32,000 nucleotides of DNA from a bacterium (GTDB lineage Bacteria > Bacillota > Clostridia > Christensenellales > Aristaeellaceae): NCBI GenBank assembly GCA_963624325.1, contig CAVFPH010000003.1, positions 15,029 through 47,028 of the forward strand, written 5' to 3'. Each line of letters opens with the position of its first letter. Position 1 is the stretch's first letter. This document shows, piece by piece, positions 1 to 7,961 of the stretch. Below the pieces are notes generated by a model. That model saw nothing but the letters and a program-made list of their open reading frames with translations, had not been told where the DNA came from and did not search any database. A program made the position numbers and the translations under genes.

Positions 1-150
1 GATCGCCGCATCTTCGCTGACCGTGCTCTTGGCCGCACCGAACATTTCGCAGAAATGAGAAAGGGTGAAGATCCTGTTGGGAGCATCCGAAAGTACCTTT
101 GTCATGACTGCCAGACGCTCGTTGCGCTTGTATTTATCCATTGATGGCAT
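1..150 (-). CDS. purR: Pur operon repressor PurR, N-terminal 50 codons only (the rest lies left of the window)
   Basis: The minus-strand ATG at 150-148 is preceded by GGAGG (complement of 151-155). The translation MPSMDKYKRNERLAVMTKVLSDAPNRIFTLSHFCEMFGAAKSTVSEDAAI parallels the Bacillus PurR N-terminal winged-helix region (...FxxxFxxAKSSISEDL). Confidence 0.6.
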   Translation of the reverse strand, partial: MPSMDKYKRNERLAVMTKVLSDAPNRIFTLSHFCEMFGAAKSTVSEDAAI

Positions 151-182
151 CCTCCTTGCCATATATTTCAGCACCGCGGTAA

Positions 183-211
183 ATTATACATCAAATTTCC
201 GAACAATGCAA
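183..211 (-). promoter_or_regulatory. Sigma-A type promoter for purR (TTGCAT-17-TATAAT on the minus strand)
   Basis: The -10 is the complement of 183-188 and the -35 is the complement of 206-211, with a 17-nt spacer. It sits about 30 nt upstream of the purR RBS. Confidence 0.45.
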
Positions 212-239
212 TAGATATAGCCAGCGAACGTTCGCATAA
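195..239. promoter_or_regulatory. Pair of PurBox-like sites, a putative PurR operator
   Basis: ATTTCCGAACAAT at 195-207 matches the B. subtilis PurBox consensus AWWWCCGAACWWT at 13/13 positions. An inverted weaker copy (TTATGCGAACGTT on the minus strand, 227-239) matches at about 10/13. The first box lies in the spacer of the purR promoter. Confidence 0.45.
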
Positions 240-281
240 TTTGCAAATTTTGTTTTTCATTCGCCTTTTTTGTTTTTTCGA

Positions 282-311
282 TTGACCGAAGTGCGTGCTC
301 TCGATTATAAT
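282..311 (+). promoter_or_regulatory. Sigma-A type promoter for the pyrE-like operon (TTGACC-18-TATAAT)
   Basis: TTGACC is at 282-287 and TATAAT at 306-311, about 20 nt upstream of the GAGGAAG RBS and the ATG at 332. Confidence 0.55.
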
Positions 312-331
312 ATGGGTGAGGAAGTGATTGC

Positions 332-889
332 ATGGACCAGAATCAACTTAAGGAACTGCTTTATCGTGCGGATGCCGTGCGCCCCGGCCATTTTTTGCGT
401 GCCAGCGGACGGCACAGCAATCTATATATTCAATGTGCCCATCTGTTTGAAAACGCGCACAGTGCGCAGGATGTGTGCGCCATGATTGCCCAGCATTACG
501 CCAAATCGGGCATACAGCTGGTGCTCAGCGCAGCCATCGGCGGCATGCTGGCGGGATACGAGGTCAGCAGGCAGCTGGGGGTACGCAATATGTATGCCGA
601 GCGGCGGGATCAGGTGCTGACCCTGCGCCGCGGATTTGCCTTTGCCCCCGGCACACGGGTGCTGATTGTGGAGGATATGGTATCCACCGGTCACAGCGTG
701 CGCGAGCTGATTGAGATCGTTCGGGCACTCGGCGGTGAAGTGGCAGGTATCTCCTGCATTATCGATGTATCTGGTGGTAAAGTGGCGTTTGAATATCCTT
801 ATTATCCGCTATATTGTGAAAAAGTGGAGAATTACCAAGAATCAGATTGCCCTTTGTGCAAGCAGAACAAGCCTTTTGACAACGTATAA
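332..889 (+). CDS. pyrE: Orotate phosphoribosyltransferase-like type I PRTase
   Basis: Contains the PRPP-binding loop VLIVEDMVSTGHS and an N-terminal GHFLRASGRHSNLYIQCA motif typical of the short PyrE subfamily. A GAGGAAG RBS lies 7 nt upstream. Confidence 0.75.
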   Translation: MDQNQLKELLYRADAVRPGHFLRASGRHSNLYIQCAHLFENAHSAQDVCAMIAQHYAKSGIQLVLSAAIGGMLAGYEVSRQLGVRNMYAERRDQVLTLRRGFAFAPGTRVLIVEDMVSTGHSVRELIEIVRALGGEVAGISCIIDVSGGKVAFEYPYYPLYCEKVENYQESDCPLCKQNKPFDNV

Positions 890-903
890 CGGGAGCAGCC
901 ACT

Positions 904-1563
904 ATGCAGCTGTTTGATATTATCGGGCCGGTAATGATCGGCCCGTCCTCCTCGCACACTGCCGGCGCGGCGCGCATCGGGCGCATCACGCGTATGCTGC
1001 TGGGCGAGGATGTTCAGTATGCGGACATTCGCTTTCACGGCTCCTTTGCCAAAACATGGGAAGGGCATGGTACCGACCGTGCGGTCATCGGCGGTTTGCT
1101 GGGGCTGCAGGTGGATGACGAGCGTCTGCGCAAAAGTCGCACGCTGGCTCAGCAGGCAGGCATGCGCTACACAATATCGGCAGTTGAATTGCGGGATGCG
1201 CACCCGAATACCGTGCTGATCGATGCCGTGGGCGTTAACGGCGCACAGATCGGCGTGCAAGCGGTATCCGTCGGCGGCGGAAGCATCCTTGTGCAGTATC
1301 TAAACGGCCTGGAAGTCGGTTTTTCGGGGGAGCGCACCACGCTGGTCATTCAGCACCGCGATACCCCCGGTGCTATCGCCAAGGTAAGCCGTCTGCTGGC
1401 TGCGGCACAGCTGAACATCGCCACCATGCGCGTTTTCCGCGCCGAGGCCGGCGGACGGGCCGTCATGGCGCTGGAGCTGGACAGCACGCCCAATGAATCT
1501 CTGGTGTCCGCGCTGCGCAATGTACCTGCAATTCGCAGCGTTACGCTGCTGGATCGGCTGTAA
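904..1563 (+). CDS. sdaAB: L-serine dehydratase, iron-sulfur dependent, beta subunit
   Basis: The N-terminus FDIIGPVMIGPSSSHTAGAARIG is the SdaAB signature, and the C-terminal part looks like an ACT domain. Confidence 0.9.
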   Translation: MQLFDIIGPVMIGPSSSHTAGAARIGRITRMLLGEDVQYADIRFHGSFAKTWEGHGTDRAVIGGLLGLQVDDERLRKSRTLAQQAGMRYTISAVELRDAHPNTVLIDAVGVNGAQIGVQAVSVGGGSILVQYLNGLEVGFSGERTTLVIQHRDTPGAIAKVSRLLAAAQLNIATMRVFRAEAGGRAVMALELDSTPNESLVSALRNVPAIRSVTLLDRL

Positions 1564-1585
1564 TACAAATCTGCAGGAGGTCATC

Positions 1586-2449
1586 ATGGATCGATCGGTA
1601 GAAAAGCTCCTGCTGGCTGCGCAGGATATCGGCATAGCCGATGCCGCACGTGCATGGCAGCTGAAAAACGACACCGCAATGAGCACCGCAGACGAGCTGA
1701 ACGCACACATGGCCGAAGCCCTTGTTGTGATGCGTGAGGCCGCTCAAAAAGGTCTGGATCCCGATCTGCGTTCGGTCAGCCGAATGACGGGCGGAAACGC
1801 GGCAAAGCTGATGCAGGCCGCGCAGGCTGGAAAAACCATGGGCGGCAGTCTGCTTGGGCGTATCTGTGCCCGTTCCTTGGCCGTAGCGGAATGCAATGCT
1901 GCCATGGGACGCATTGTCGCAGCCCCGACCGCAGGTGCCTGCGGCATTTTGCCCGGCGCGCTGCTGACCGTTCAGGAGGAATACGGCTATACCGATGCTC
2001 AGTTGGTAGATGCACTCTTTGTTGCCGGTGCTTTCGGATTGATTATCGCCAACCGTGCCAGCATATCGGGGGCGCAGGGAGGCTGCCAGGCAGAATGCGG
2101 CTCCGCCGCAGCCATGACGGCGGCGGCCCTTGTTTTCCTGCGGGGCGGTACTCCCCGTCAGTCCGCAGATGCCTGCGCATTTTCCCTGATGAACTTGCTG
2201 GGGCTGGTCTGTGACCCTGTCCGTGGATTGGTAGAGGTGCCTTGCGTATTCCGCAATGTCGGCGCGGTATCCGTCGCCCTTTCGGCAGCCGATTTGGCGC
2301 TGTCCGGCATCTCCTGCCCCATTCCATGCGATGAGGTGATTGATGCCATGCGTCGGGTGGGCGATGCGCTGCCTGCCTCCCTGCGGGAAACCGGTGAGGG
2401 CGGCTGTGCTGCCTGCCCATCCGTTTGCGAAAGGAAGGAAGCACTGTGA
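1586..2449 (+). CDS. sdaAA: L-serine dehydratase, iron-sulfur dependent, alpha subunit
   Basis: Motifs AAPTAGACGILPGALL, GGCQAECGSAAAM and VCDPVRGLVEVPC are present. I chose the ATG at 1586 because GGAGG lies 6 nt upstream; the ORF-track start at 1493 overlaps sdaAB. Confidence 0.9.
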   Translation: MDRSVEKLLLAAQDIGIADAARAWQLKNDTAMSTADELNAHMAEALVVMREAAQKGLDPDLRSVSRMTGGNAAKLMQAAQAGKTMGGSLLGRICARSLAVAECNAAMGRIVAAPTAGACGILPGALLTVQEEYGYTDAQLVDALFVAGAFGLIIANRASISGAQGGCQAECGSAAAMTAAALVFLRGGTPRQSADACAFSLMNLLGLVCDPVRGLVEVPCVFRNVGAVSVALSAADLALSGISCPIPCDEVIDAMRRVGDALPASLRETGEGGCAACPSVCERKEAL

Positions 2450-3573
2450 AGGCAATTACCAACGGCAGAATTCTGCTTCCGGACGGCGAGACAGACGGGA
2501 AAGTACTGTTATTTGATGACACTGTGATCGGCTTGGCGGACGAGGTTCCCACAGGCTGCGCGGTGACCGATGCGCAAGGGTTTTACGTCTCCCCCGGCTT
2601 TGTGGATGTCCATATTCACGGTTATCTGGGGGAGGATGCCTCGGATGGCAGTGTTGATGGTCTGCGCCGTATGTCACGCGGAATTCTGGAAAACGGCGTA
2701 ACATCCTTTCTGCCCACCACCATGACGGTGCCGTGGAACGAGTTGGAGCAAGCCTTCTCGGCAATTCGCGCGTTCATGGCGGAAAGCAGCCTGCCTGATT
2801 TTGGCGGAGCCCGCGCCTTGGGCTGTCACGCCGAGGGTCCGTTCATCAACCCGTTAAAGAAGGGTGCGCAGGCAGAAGGCGCGATTTTGCCGCCCGATGC
2901 CGCTTTGCTGCTGCCCTGGCGGGATATTCTGCGCATGGTCACGCTTGCCCCCGAAATGCTCGGCGGGCTTGCATGCGTACAGGCACTGCACGAAGCAGAC
3001 ATCGTCGTATCCATCGGCCACACCAATGCAGACGGCGATACCTGTTATGATGCTCTAAAGGCGGGTGCCAATCACTTTACCCACACATTCAATGCCATGT
3101 CGCCGCTTACGCACCGCGGTTTGGGCACAGCAGGGGTCGCCTTGACTTCAGATGCCTATGCGGAATTGATTGTGGATGGCTTTCATGTGGATTCCCGCTT
3201 GTTCTCGCTGATGCATCGGGCAAAAGGAAACAAACTGGTCCTGATTACCGACTGCACCCGTGCCGGCGGGATGCCGGACGGACAGTACACGCTGGGCGGT
3301 CAGCCGATCTTTGTACATGGCGTTGCATGCCGTTTGGCGGACGGCACCATTGCAGGCAGTGTTCTGCGCATGAATGACGCCGTGCGCAATTATCATACTT
3401 TGGGCAATGTACCACTGTATCAGGCAGTACGCTGTGCATCCCTCTCTCCGTCGCAAAGCATCGGCGTCCTGCACAAGGGCTCGCTGGAAGCGGGCAAGGA
3501 TGCAGATATTCTTTTGCTGGATGATGATATTCGGGTGCATGCCGTGTGGACAGGCGGGCAGCGCAGGCTGTAA
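2446..3573 (+). CDS. nagA: N-acetylglucosamine-6-phosphate deacetylase
   Basis: Amidohydrolase/NagA motifs VDVHIHGY, HAEGPFINP, TLAPE, IGHTNA, THTFNAM and DGFHV are present. The GTG at 2446 overlaps the sdaAA stop (GTGA) and follows GGAAGGAAG. An alternative ATG is at 2425. Confidence 0.85.
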   Translation: MKAITNGRILLPDGETDGKVLLFDDTVIGLADEVPTGCAVTDAQGFYVSPGFVDVHIHGYLGEDASDGSVDGLRRMSRGILENGVTSFLPTTMTVPWNELEQAFSAIRAFMAESSLPDFGGARALGCHAEGPFINPLKKGAQAEGAILPPDAALLLPWRDILRMVTLAPEMLGGLACVQALHEADIVVSIGHTNADGDTCYDALKAGANHFTHTFNAMSPLTHRGLGTAGVALTSDAYAELIVDGFHVDSRLFSLMHRAKGNKLVLITDCTRAGGMPDGQYTLGGQPIFVHGVACRLADGTIAGSVLRMNDAVRNYHTLGNVPLYQAVRCASLSPSQSIGVLHKGSLEAGKDADILLLDDDIRVHAVWTGGQRRL

Positions 3574-3582
3574 AAAGGCATC

Positions 3583-3620
3583 AAAAAAGCGCGGGAGACT
3601 TTTCCCCCGCGCTTTTCAAT
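3583..3620. terminator. Bidirectional intrinsic terminator between the convergent nagA and mgtE genes
   Basis: The stem AAAAGCGCGGG/CCCGCGCTTTT has an A-tract on one side and a T-tract on the other. Confidence 0.7.
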
Positions 3621-3621
3621 T

Positions 3622-4980
3622 TTACGACAGTCCCAGGATCATGCCGGCAAAGCCGCAGTAAATCAGCAGCGCCAGGGCATCGACAATGGTGGTAATAAAC
3701 GGGCTGGCCATTACTGCCGGGTCAAAGCCCAGCTTGTCGGCCAAAATCGGCAGGGTACAGCCGACGAGCTTGGCAATGAATACCACCACGGCCAAGGTCA
3801 GGCAGATGGTCAGGGCAATGGGCGCAGCAACACGCTCCACCAGCAAAAGCTTTACAAAGTTTGCCACTGCAAGCGTCACGCCGCACATGACGGCAACCCG
3901 TATTTCCTTCCACCACACCTTGAACAGATCGGTAAAATGGAGCTCGCCCAGCGAAATGCTGCGGATTACCGTAACCGAGGACTGGCTGCCGCAGTTGCCG
4001 CCTGTATCCATCAGCATGGGAATGGCAGCGGTCAGGGCAATGGAGAAGCTGAGCACATTTTCAAAGTGCGTAATAATCATGCCCGTAAAGGTGGCGGAGA
4101 GCATCAGCAGCAGCAGCCACGGAATACGGCTTTTCCAAAGTGTCCACACGGAGGTTTTCAGGTAAGGGCGGTCGCTTGGCGTAATAGCCGCCATCTTGCT
4201 GATATCCTCGGTAGCCTCTTCTTCGATAACATCAATGGCATCGTCTACCGTGACGATACCAACCAGACGGTTTTCAGTATCGACCACAGGAAGGACGTTC
4301 AGATCGTATAGGCTGAAGAGATGCGCGACGGATTCCTGATCCTCCTGGGTGGTTACGGAGATGACGTTTGTCTCCATGATATCCTGCATCAGGGCATCTT
4401 CCTGTGCCATCACGATGGTACGCAGGGAAACGACGCCCAGCAGGTGCCTGCCTTCATCAATGATGTAGCAGGTGTTGACCGTTTCCTTATCCATGCCGGT
4501 CCGGCGGATGGATGTTATGGCATCAGCCGCCGTCATGCTGGGGCGCAGCGCCACAAACTCAATGGTCATGATGGAGCCGGCGCTGTCCTCCGGATAGCGC
4601 AGAAGCTCATTAATGCTCTTGCGCATATCGGGATCAGCCTGAGCCAGCAGACGCTTGACCACGTTGGCGGGCATTTCCTCCACCAGGTCTACCGCATCAT
4701 CCACATACAGCTCATCCAACACGGATTTCAGCTCGGTATCCGAAAAGCTGCGGATCAGCTTTTCCTGCATATCGGGCTCCATTTCTACAAAGGTTTCGGC
4801 TGCCTGCTCCTTGGGAAGCAGGCGGAAGAGCGGGGCGGGGGCGCTGTCCGGCAGCATGGCAAACAGAGCCGCCACCTGTGCGGGCTGCATGGTAACCAGC
4901 ACATCCCGCAAAGTACTGTACTTTTTGCCTTCCCACAATTTTTCTATTGTGGTTTCAAAGGCATTATCGATCTGCGACAT
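3622..4980 (-). CDS. mgtE: Magnesium transporter MgtE
   Basis: The protein has an MgtE N-domain, a CBS pair and a C-terminal five-TM domain (IPMLMDTGGNCGSQSS). A GGAGGG RBS lies upstream. Confidence 0.95.
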   Translation of the reverse strand: MSQIDNAFETTIEKLWEGKKYSTLRDVLVTMQPAQVAALFAMLPDSAPAPLFRLLPKEQAAETFVEMEPDMQEKLIRSFSDTELKSVLDELYVDDAVDLVEEMPANVVKRLLAQADPDMRKSINELLRYPEDSAGSIMTIEFVALRPSMTAADAITSIRRTGMDKETVNTCYIIDEGRHLLGVVSLRTIVMAQEDALMQDIMETNVISVTTQEDQESVAHLFSLYDLNVLPVVDTENRLVGIVTVDDAIDVIEEEATEDISKMAAITPSDRPYLKTSVWTLWKSRIPWLLLLMLSATFTGMIITHFENVLSFSIALTAAIPMLMDTGGNCGSQSSVTVIRSISLGELHFTDLFKVWWKEIRVAVMCGVTLAVANFVKLLLVERVAAPIALTICLTLAVVVFIAKLVGCTLPILADKLGFDPAVMASPFITTIVDALALLIYCGFAGMILGLS

Positions 4981-5150
4981 TTGTGAACCCTCCTGACTAA
5001 ATATCGGTCTGGAAGGCGCAGATTGCAGGCGCTGTGCGCTATACAGCGGCGGGCCGCGCAGGACCTGCCGCGCGCGTTGTTCGTCCTATGTCTGCGCCCA
5101 TGGCATTACTGTCTCCGTCCATGACGGCCCTCCTTCTTTCTGGTTTAGAG

Positions 5151-5192
5151 AACAAAATAAGCGCCGCTGCCACCCGACGGCGGCGCGGCGCA
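5151..5192 (-). terminator. Intrinsic terminator, the expression platform of the M-box leader
   Basis: The minus strand reads GCGCCGCGCCGCCGTCGGGTGGCAGCGGCGC followed by TTATTTTGTT. Confidence 0.65.
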
Positions 5193-5195
5193 TGC

Positions 5196-5368
5196 AAACT
5201 GAGCATCGCTGCTACCGTTCGAGCTTCAGCATCGCCGGGCAATGAAACTGCGTTAGGCCATGCCTTGTATTTCGACATTGCCTGCTCATACCTGCTCAAA
5301 GTGTCTCCACTTCTCCGCGGCAGCAGTCCGTATCCCTGCGGTAGCCTTGCCTACCGGGCTTTCGCGTA
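5196..5368 (-). promoter_or_regulatory. M-box (ykoK leader) Mg2+ riboswitch upstream of mgtE
   Basis: The minus strand contains GGUAGGCAAGGCUAC...GGAUACGGACUGCUGCCGC...GAUGCUGAAGCUCGAACGG. These parallel the conserved B. subtilis M-box blocks GUUAGGUGAGGCU, ACGCUGCUGCCC and GUGCUAAAGCUCUACG. The element is in the canonical position 5' of mgtE. Confidence 0.8.
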
Positions 5369-5374
5369 CGCTTC

Positions 5375-5403
5375 ATTATACAAAGCCCCATGCCATTTGT
5401 CAA
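5375..5403 (-). promoter_or_regulatory. Sigma-A promoter for the M-box-mgtE transcript (TTGACA-17-TATAAT)
   Basis: The -35 is the complement of 5398-5403 and the -10 is the complement of 5375-5380. Confidence 0.65.
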
Positions 5404-5454
5404 CGTTAAAATTAACCTCTTTTGAGAAGATTTGCGCCGTCATTCATTGACATT

Positions 5455-5498
5455 TTCCGCAAAAACAAGCATTTTTTCTGTTTTGCGGCTGTTTTTTT
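5455..5498 (+). terminator. Terminator-like hairpin plus T-run with no upstream plus-strand gene
   Basis: CCGCAAAAACA-(11 nt)-TGTTTTGCGG is followed by CTGTTTTTTTCC. Confidence 0.3.
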
Positions 5499-5509
5499 CC
5501 GTATGGTTC

Positions 5510-5538
5510 TTGAAAGGAATCGTTTTGCGTTTTACAAT
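5510..5538 (+). promoter_or_regulatory. Sigma-A promoter for nfnA (TTGAAA-17-TACAAT)
   Basis: TTGAAA is at 5510-5515 and TACAAT at 5533-5538. Confidence 0.55.
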
Positions 5539-5587
5539 AAGGAAGAAACGCAATCGCACGGTGCGATTAATGATAAAGGAGTCGCTT

Positions 5588-6445
5588 ATGTACCGCATTA
5601 CAGATAAGAAAGTGCTGAACACCGATGTTATACAAATGGACATTGAAGCGCCGCTGGTAGCACGCAAGGCAAAGCCCGGACAGTTTATCATTCTGCGCGT
5701 CGATGCGGATGGGGAGCGCATTCCCCTGACCATTGCGGGCAGGGATGCGCAGGCAGGCACAGTACGCATTATTTTTCAAACAGTCGGCGCCACCACACTG
5801 CTGCTCGGTCACAAAAATGTCGGAGACAGCATCCCCGATTTTGTCGGGCCGCTGGGCACTGCCACAGCGCTGGACGGGCTTCAGCGGGTATGCGTAATCG
5901 GCGGCGGGGTAGGCTGCGCCATTGCGCTGCCCATTGCACAGGCACTGCATGCGCAGGGTGCGGATGTCACAAGCATTATCGGATTTCGCAGCAGCAAGCA
6001 GGCAATACTGGAAGCCGATTTTGCCGCCTGTTCAAATCAGCTGATTGTTACAACCGATGACGGAAGCCTCGGCAGGCATGGGAACGTGACCATGCCGCTT
6101 GCCGATATGCTGTCCGGCGGTGCATACTTTGACAGAATTTTTGCCATCGGCCCGCTGGTCATGATGAAATTTGTTGTTGCCGCAGCGCGCCCGTATGCCG
6201 TGCCTGTCACCGTTTCAATGAATCCCATCATGATAGACGGAACGGGCATGTGCGGCGGCTGTCGGCTTACGCTTGTGCAGGACGGAAAGCGGATTGCGCG
6301 CTTTGCCTGCGTGGACGGGCCGGATTTTGACGGATACGAAGTAGACTTTGACGAAGCCATCGCGCGCAGCCGCATGTATGCGCCCTTTGAAAAAAACGCA
6401 CGGGAGCGGGTATGCAGCCTGCTTGCAAAGGCAGAGGAGGTATAA
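5588..6445 (+). CDS. nfnA: Sulfide/dihydroorotate dehydrogenase-like FAD/NAD-binding protein (NfnA-type small subunit)
   Basis: Contains an FNR-like fold motif (RIPLTIA), a GGGVGCA NAD-binding loop and the C-terminal 2Fe-2S motif CGGCR...C. I chose the ATG at 5588 because AAAGGAG lies upstream; the ORF-track start at 5432 lies in promoter DNA. Confidence 0.85.
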   Translation: MYRITDKKVLNTDVIQMDIEAPLVARKAKPGQFIILRVDADGERIPLTIAGRDAQAGTVRIIFQTVGATTLLLGHKNVGDSIPDFVGPLGTATALDGLQRVCVIGGGVGCAIALPIAQALHAQGADVTSIIGFRSSKQAILEADFAACSNQLIVTTDDGSLGRHGNVTMPLADMLSGGAYFDRIFAIGPLVMMKFVVAAARPYAVPVTVSMNPIMIDGTGMCGGCRLTLVQDGKRIARFACVDGPDFDGYEVDFDEAIARSRMYAPFEKNARERVCSLLAKAEEV

Positions 6446-6449
6446 AATC

Positions 6450-7862
6450 ATGGCAATTGAAGCAAAGAAAACCCCGATGCCCACGCAGGAAGCCGAAAAG
6501 CGCATCGGCAATTTTGAAGAGGTGGCTCTTGGCTACCCGATCGTGCTTGCACAGCAGGAGGCAGCGCGCTGTCTGAACTGCAAAAACCGTCCCTGCGTCC
6601 GGGGCTGCCCTGTCAACATTCAGATTCCCGACTTCATTGCCCGCATCAAGGTCGGCGATTATGAGGGTGCCTACCGGGTAATTGCACAGGATTCCGCCCT
6701 GCCCGCCGTATGCGGGCGCGTATGCCCGCAGGAATCCCAGTGCGAAAGCAAGTGTACCCTTGGCATCAAGTTTGAGCCTGTTGCCATCGGAAGGCTGGAG
6801 CGCTTTGCCGCGGATTGGCACCTGTCCCATGCCGATCAGCCCCCCGTTCGTCCCGTATGCAACGGGCATCGGGCAGCTGTGGTGGGTTCCGGCCCGTCCG
6901 GATTAACTTGCGCAGGCGAACTGGCACGCCGAGGCTATGATGTGACGGTATTTGAGGCGCTGCATGCCCCCGGCGGCGTGCTGAGCTACGGCATTCCGGA
7001 GTTTCGTCTTCCCAAGGCCATTGTTGCCCACGAGGTGGAAAATCTGCGTGCCCTGGGCGTAAAGATCGAAACGAATGTGGTAATCGGGAAAACGCTGACG
7101 GTGGATGAGCTGTTTGAGGATCGTTTTGAAGCCGTGTTTATCGGTTCCGGGGCCGGGCTTCCGCGGCTTATGGGGATCGAGGGCGAAGGTCTGCGCGGTG
7201 TATACTGCGCAAATGAATTCCTGACCCGTGCCAATCTGATGAAAGCCTATCATCCGTATGCCGCCACACCGATTCTGCGGGGCGGACGCGTCGCGGTTGT
7301 CGGCGGCGGCAATGTTGCCATGGATGCCGCGCGTACAGCCCTGCGCCTTGGCAGCAAGGTGGATTTGTTCTATCGCCGTTCTTTGGAGGAGCTGCCTGCC
7401 CGTCGGGAGGAGCTGGATCATGCCGTGGAGGAAGGCGTAACGCTGCACCTGCTGTGCAATCCGGTGCGGATTGTGGGCTATGACAACCCGCAGGATCCGA
7501 AAGATCCCCGGAACGGTTCCGTCAAAGCCATGGAGGTTGTGCGCATGGAGTTGGGTGAGCCCGACGAGCGCGGGCGCCGCAGACCCGTGGAAATACCGAA
7601 CAGTACCTTTACCTGGGAAACCGACTGCGTAATCATGGCGCTCGGCACATCCCCCAATCCGCTGATTAAAAATACCACGGACGGCTTGGCTGTTAACCGC
7701 TGGGGCGGCATCATCGCCGATGAAGAAACGGGAGCGACGTCTCGCTCCGGCATCTATGCCGGCGGCGACGCGGTTACGGGGGCGGCAACGGTCATTTTGG
7801 CTATGGGTGCCGGGAAAAAAGCGGCCGCTGCCATTGACCGCGCATTGTGCGGTGCATGTTAA
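6450..7862 (+). CDS. nfnB: NADPH-dependent glutamate synthase small-chain-like oxidoreductase (NfnB/GltA-type)
   Basis: Has N-terminal Fe-S cysteines (CLNCKNRPCVRGCPV and CGRVCPQESQCE) and two Rossmann GxGxxG motifs (VVGSGPSG and VVGGGNVA). The ATG at 6450 follows GGAGG, 4 nt after the nfnA stop. Confidence 0.85.
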   Translation: MAIEAKKTPMPTQEAEKRIGNFEEVALGYPIVLAQQEAARCLNCKNRPCVRGCPVNIQIPDFIARIKVGDYEGAYRVIAQDSALPAVCGRVCPQESQCESKCTLGIKFEPVAIGRLERFAADWHLSHADQPPVRPVCNGHRAAVVGSGPSGLTCAGELARRGYDVTVFEALHAPGGVLSYGIPEFRLPKAIVAHEVENLRALGVKIETNVVIGKTLTVDELFEDRFEAVFIGSGAGLPRLMGIEGEGLRGVYCANEFLTRANLMKAYHPYAATPILRGGRVAVVGGGNVAMDAARTALRLGSKVDLFYRRSLEELPARREELDHAVEEGVTLHLLCNPVRIVGYDNPQDPKDPRNGSVKAMEVVRMELGEPDERGRRRPVEIPNSTFTWETDCVIMALGTSPNPLIKNTTDGLAVNRWGGIIADEETGATSRSGIYAGGDAVTGAATVILAMGAGKKAAAAIDRALCGAC

Positions 7863-7961
7863 CAAAATGTATTGTTTTCAATCCGTCCACATTTGCAACA
7901 AATTATGTTCATATTTTCCAGCTACAATGGTGGGGCATTAAAAGCGAAAGGAGAATCGCTC

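Noticed and set aside
5034-5450. ORFs 5034-5450(+) and 5039-5299(-) lie in the gap upstream of mgtE.
   Set aside because: The region is explained by the M-box riboswitch, its promoter and its terminator. The ORFs lack an RBS and are Ala/Arg-rich artefacts.
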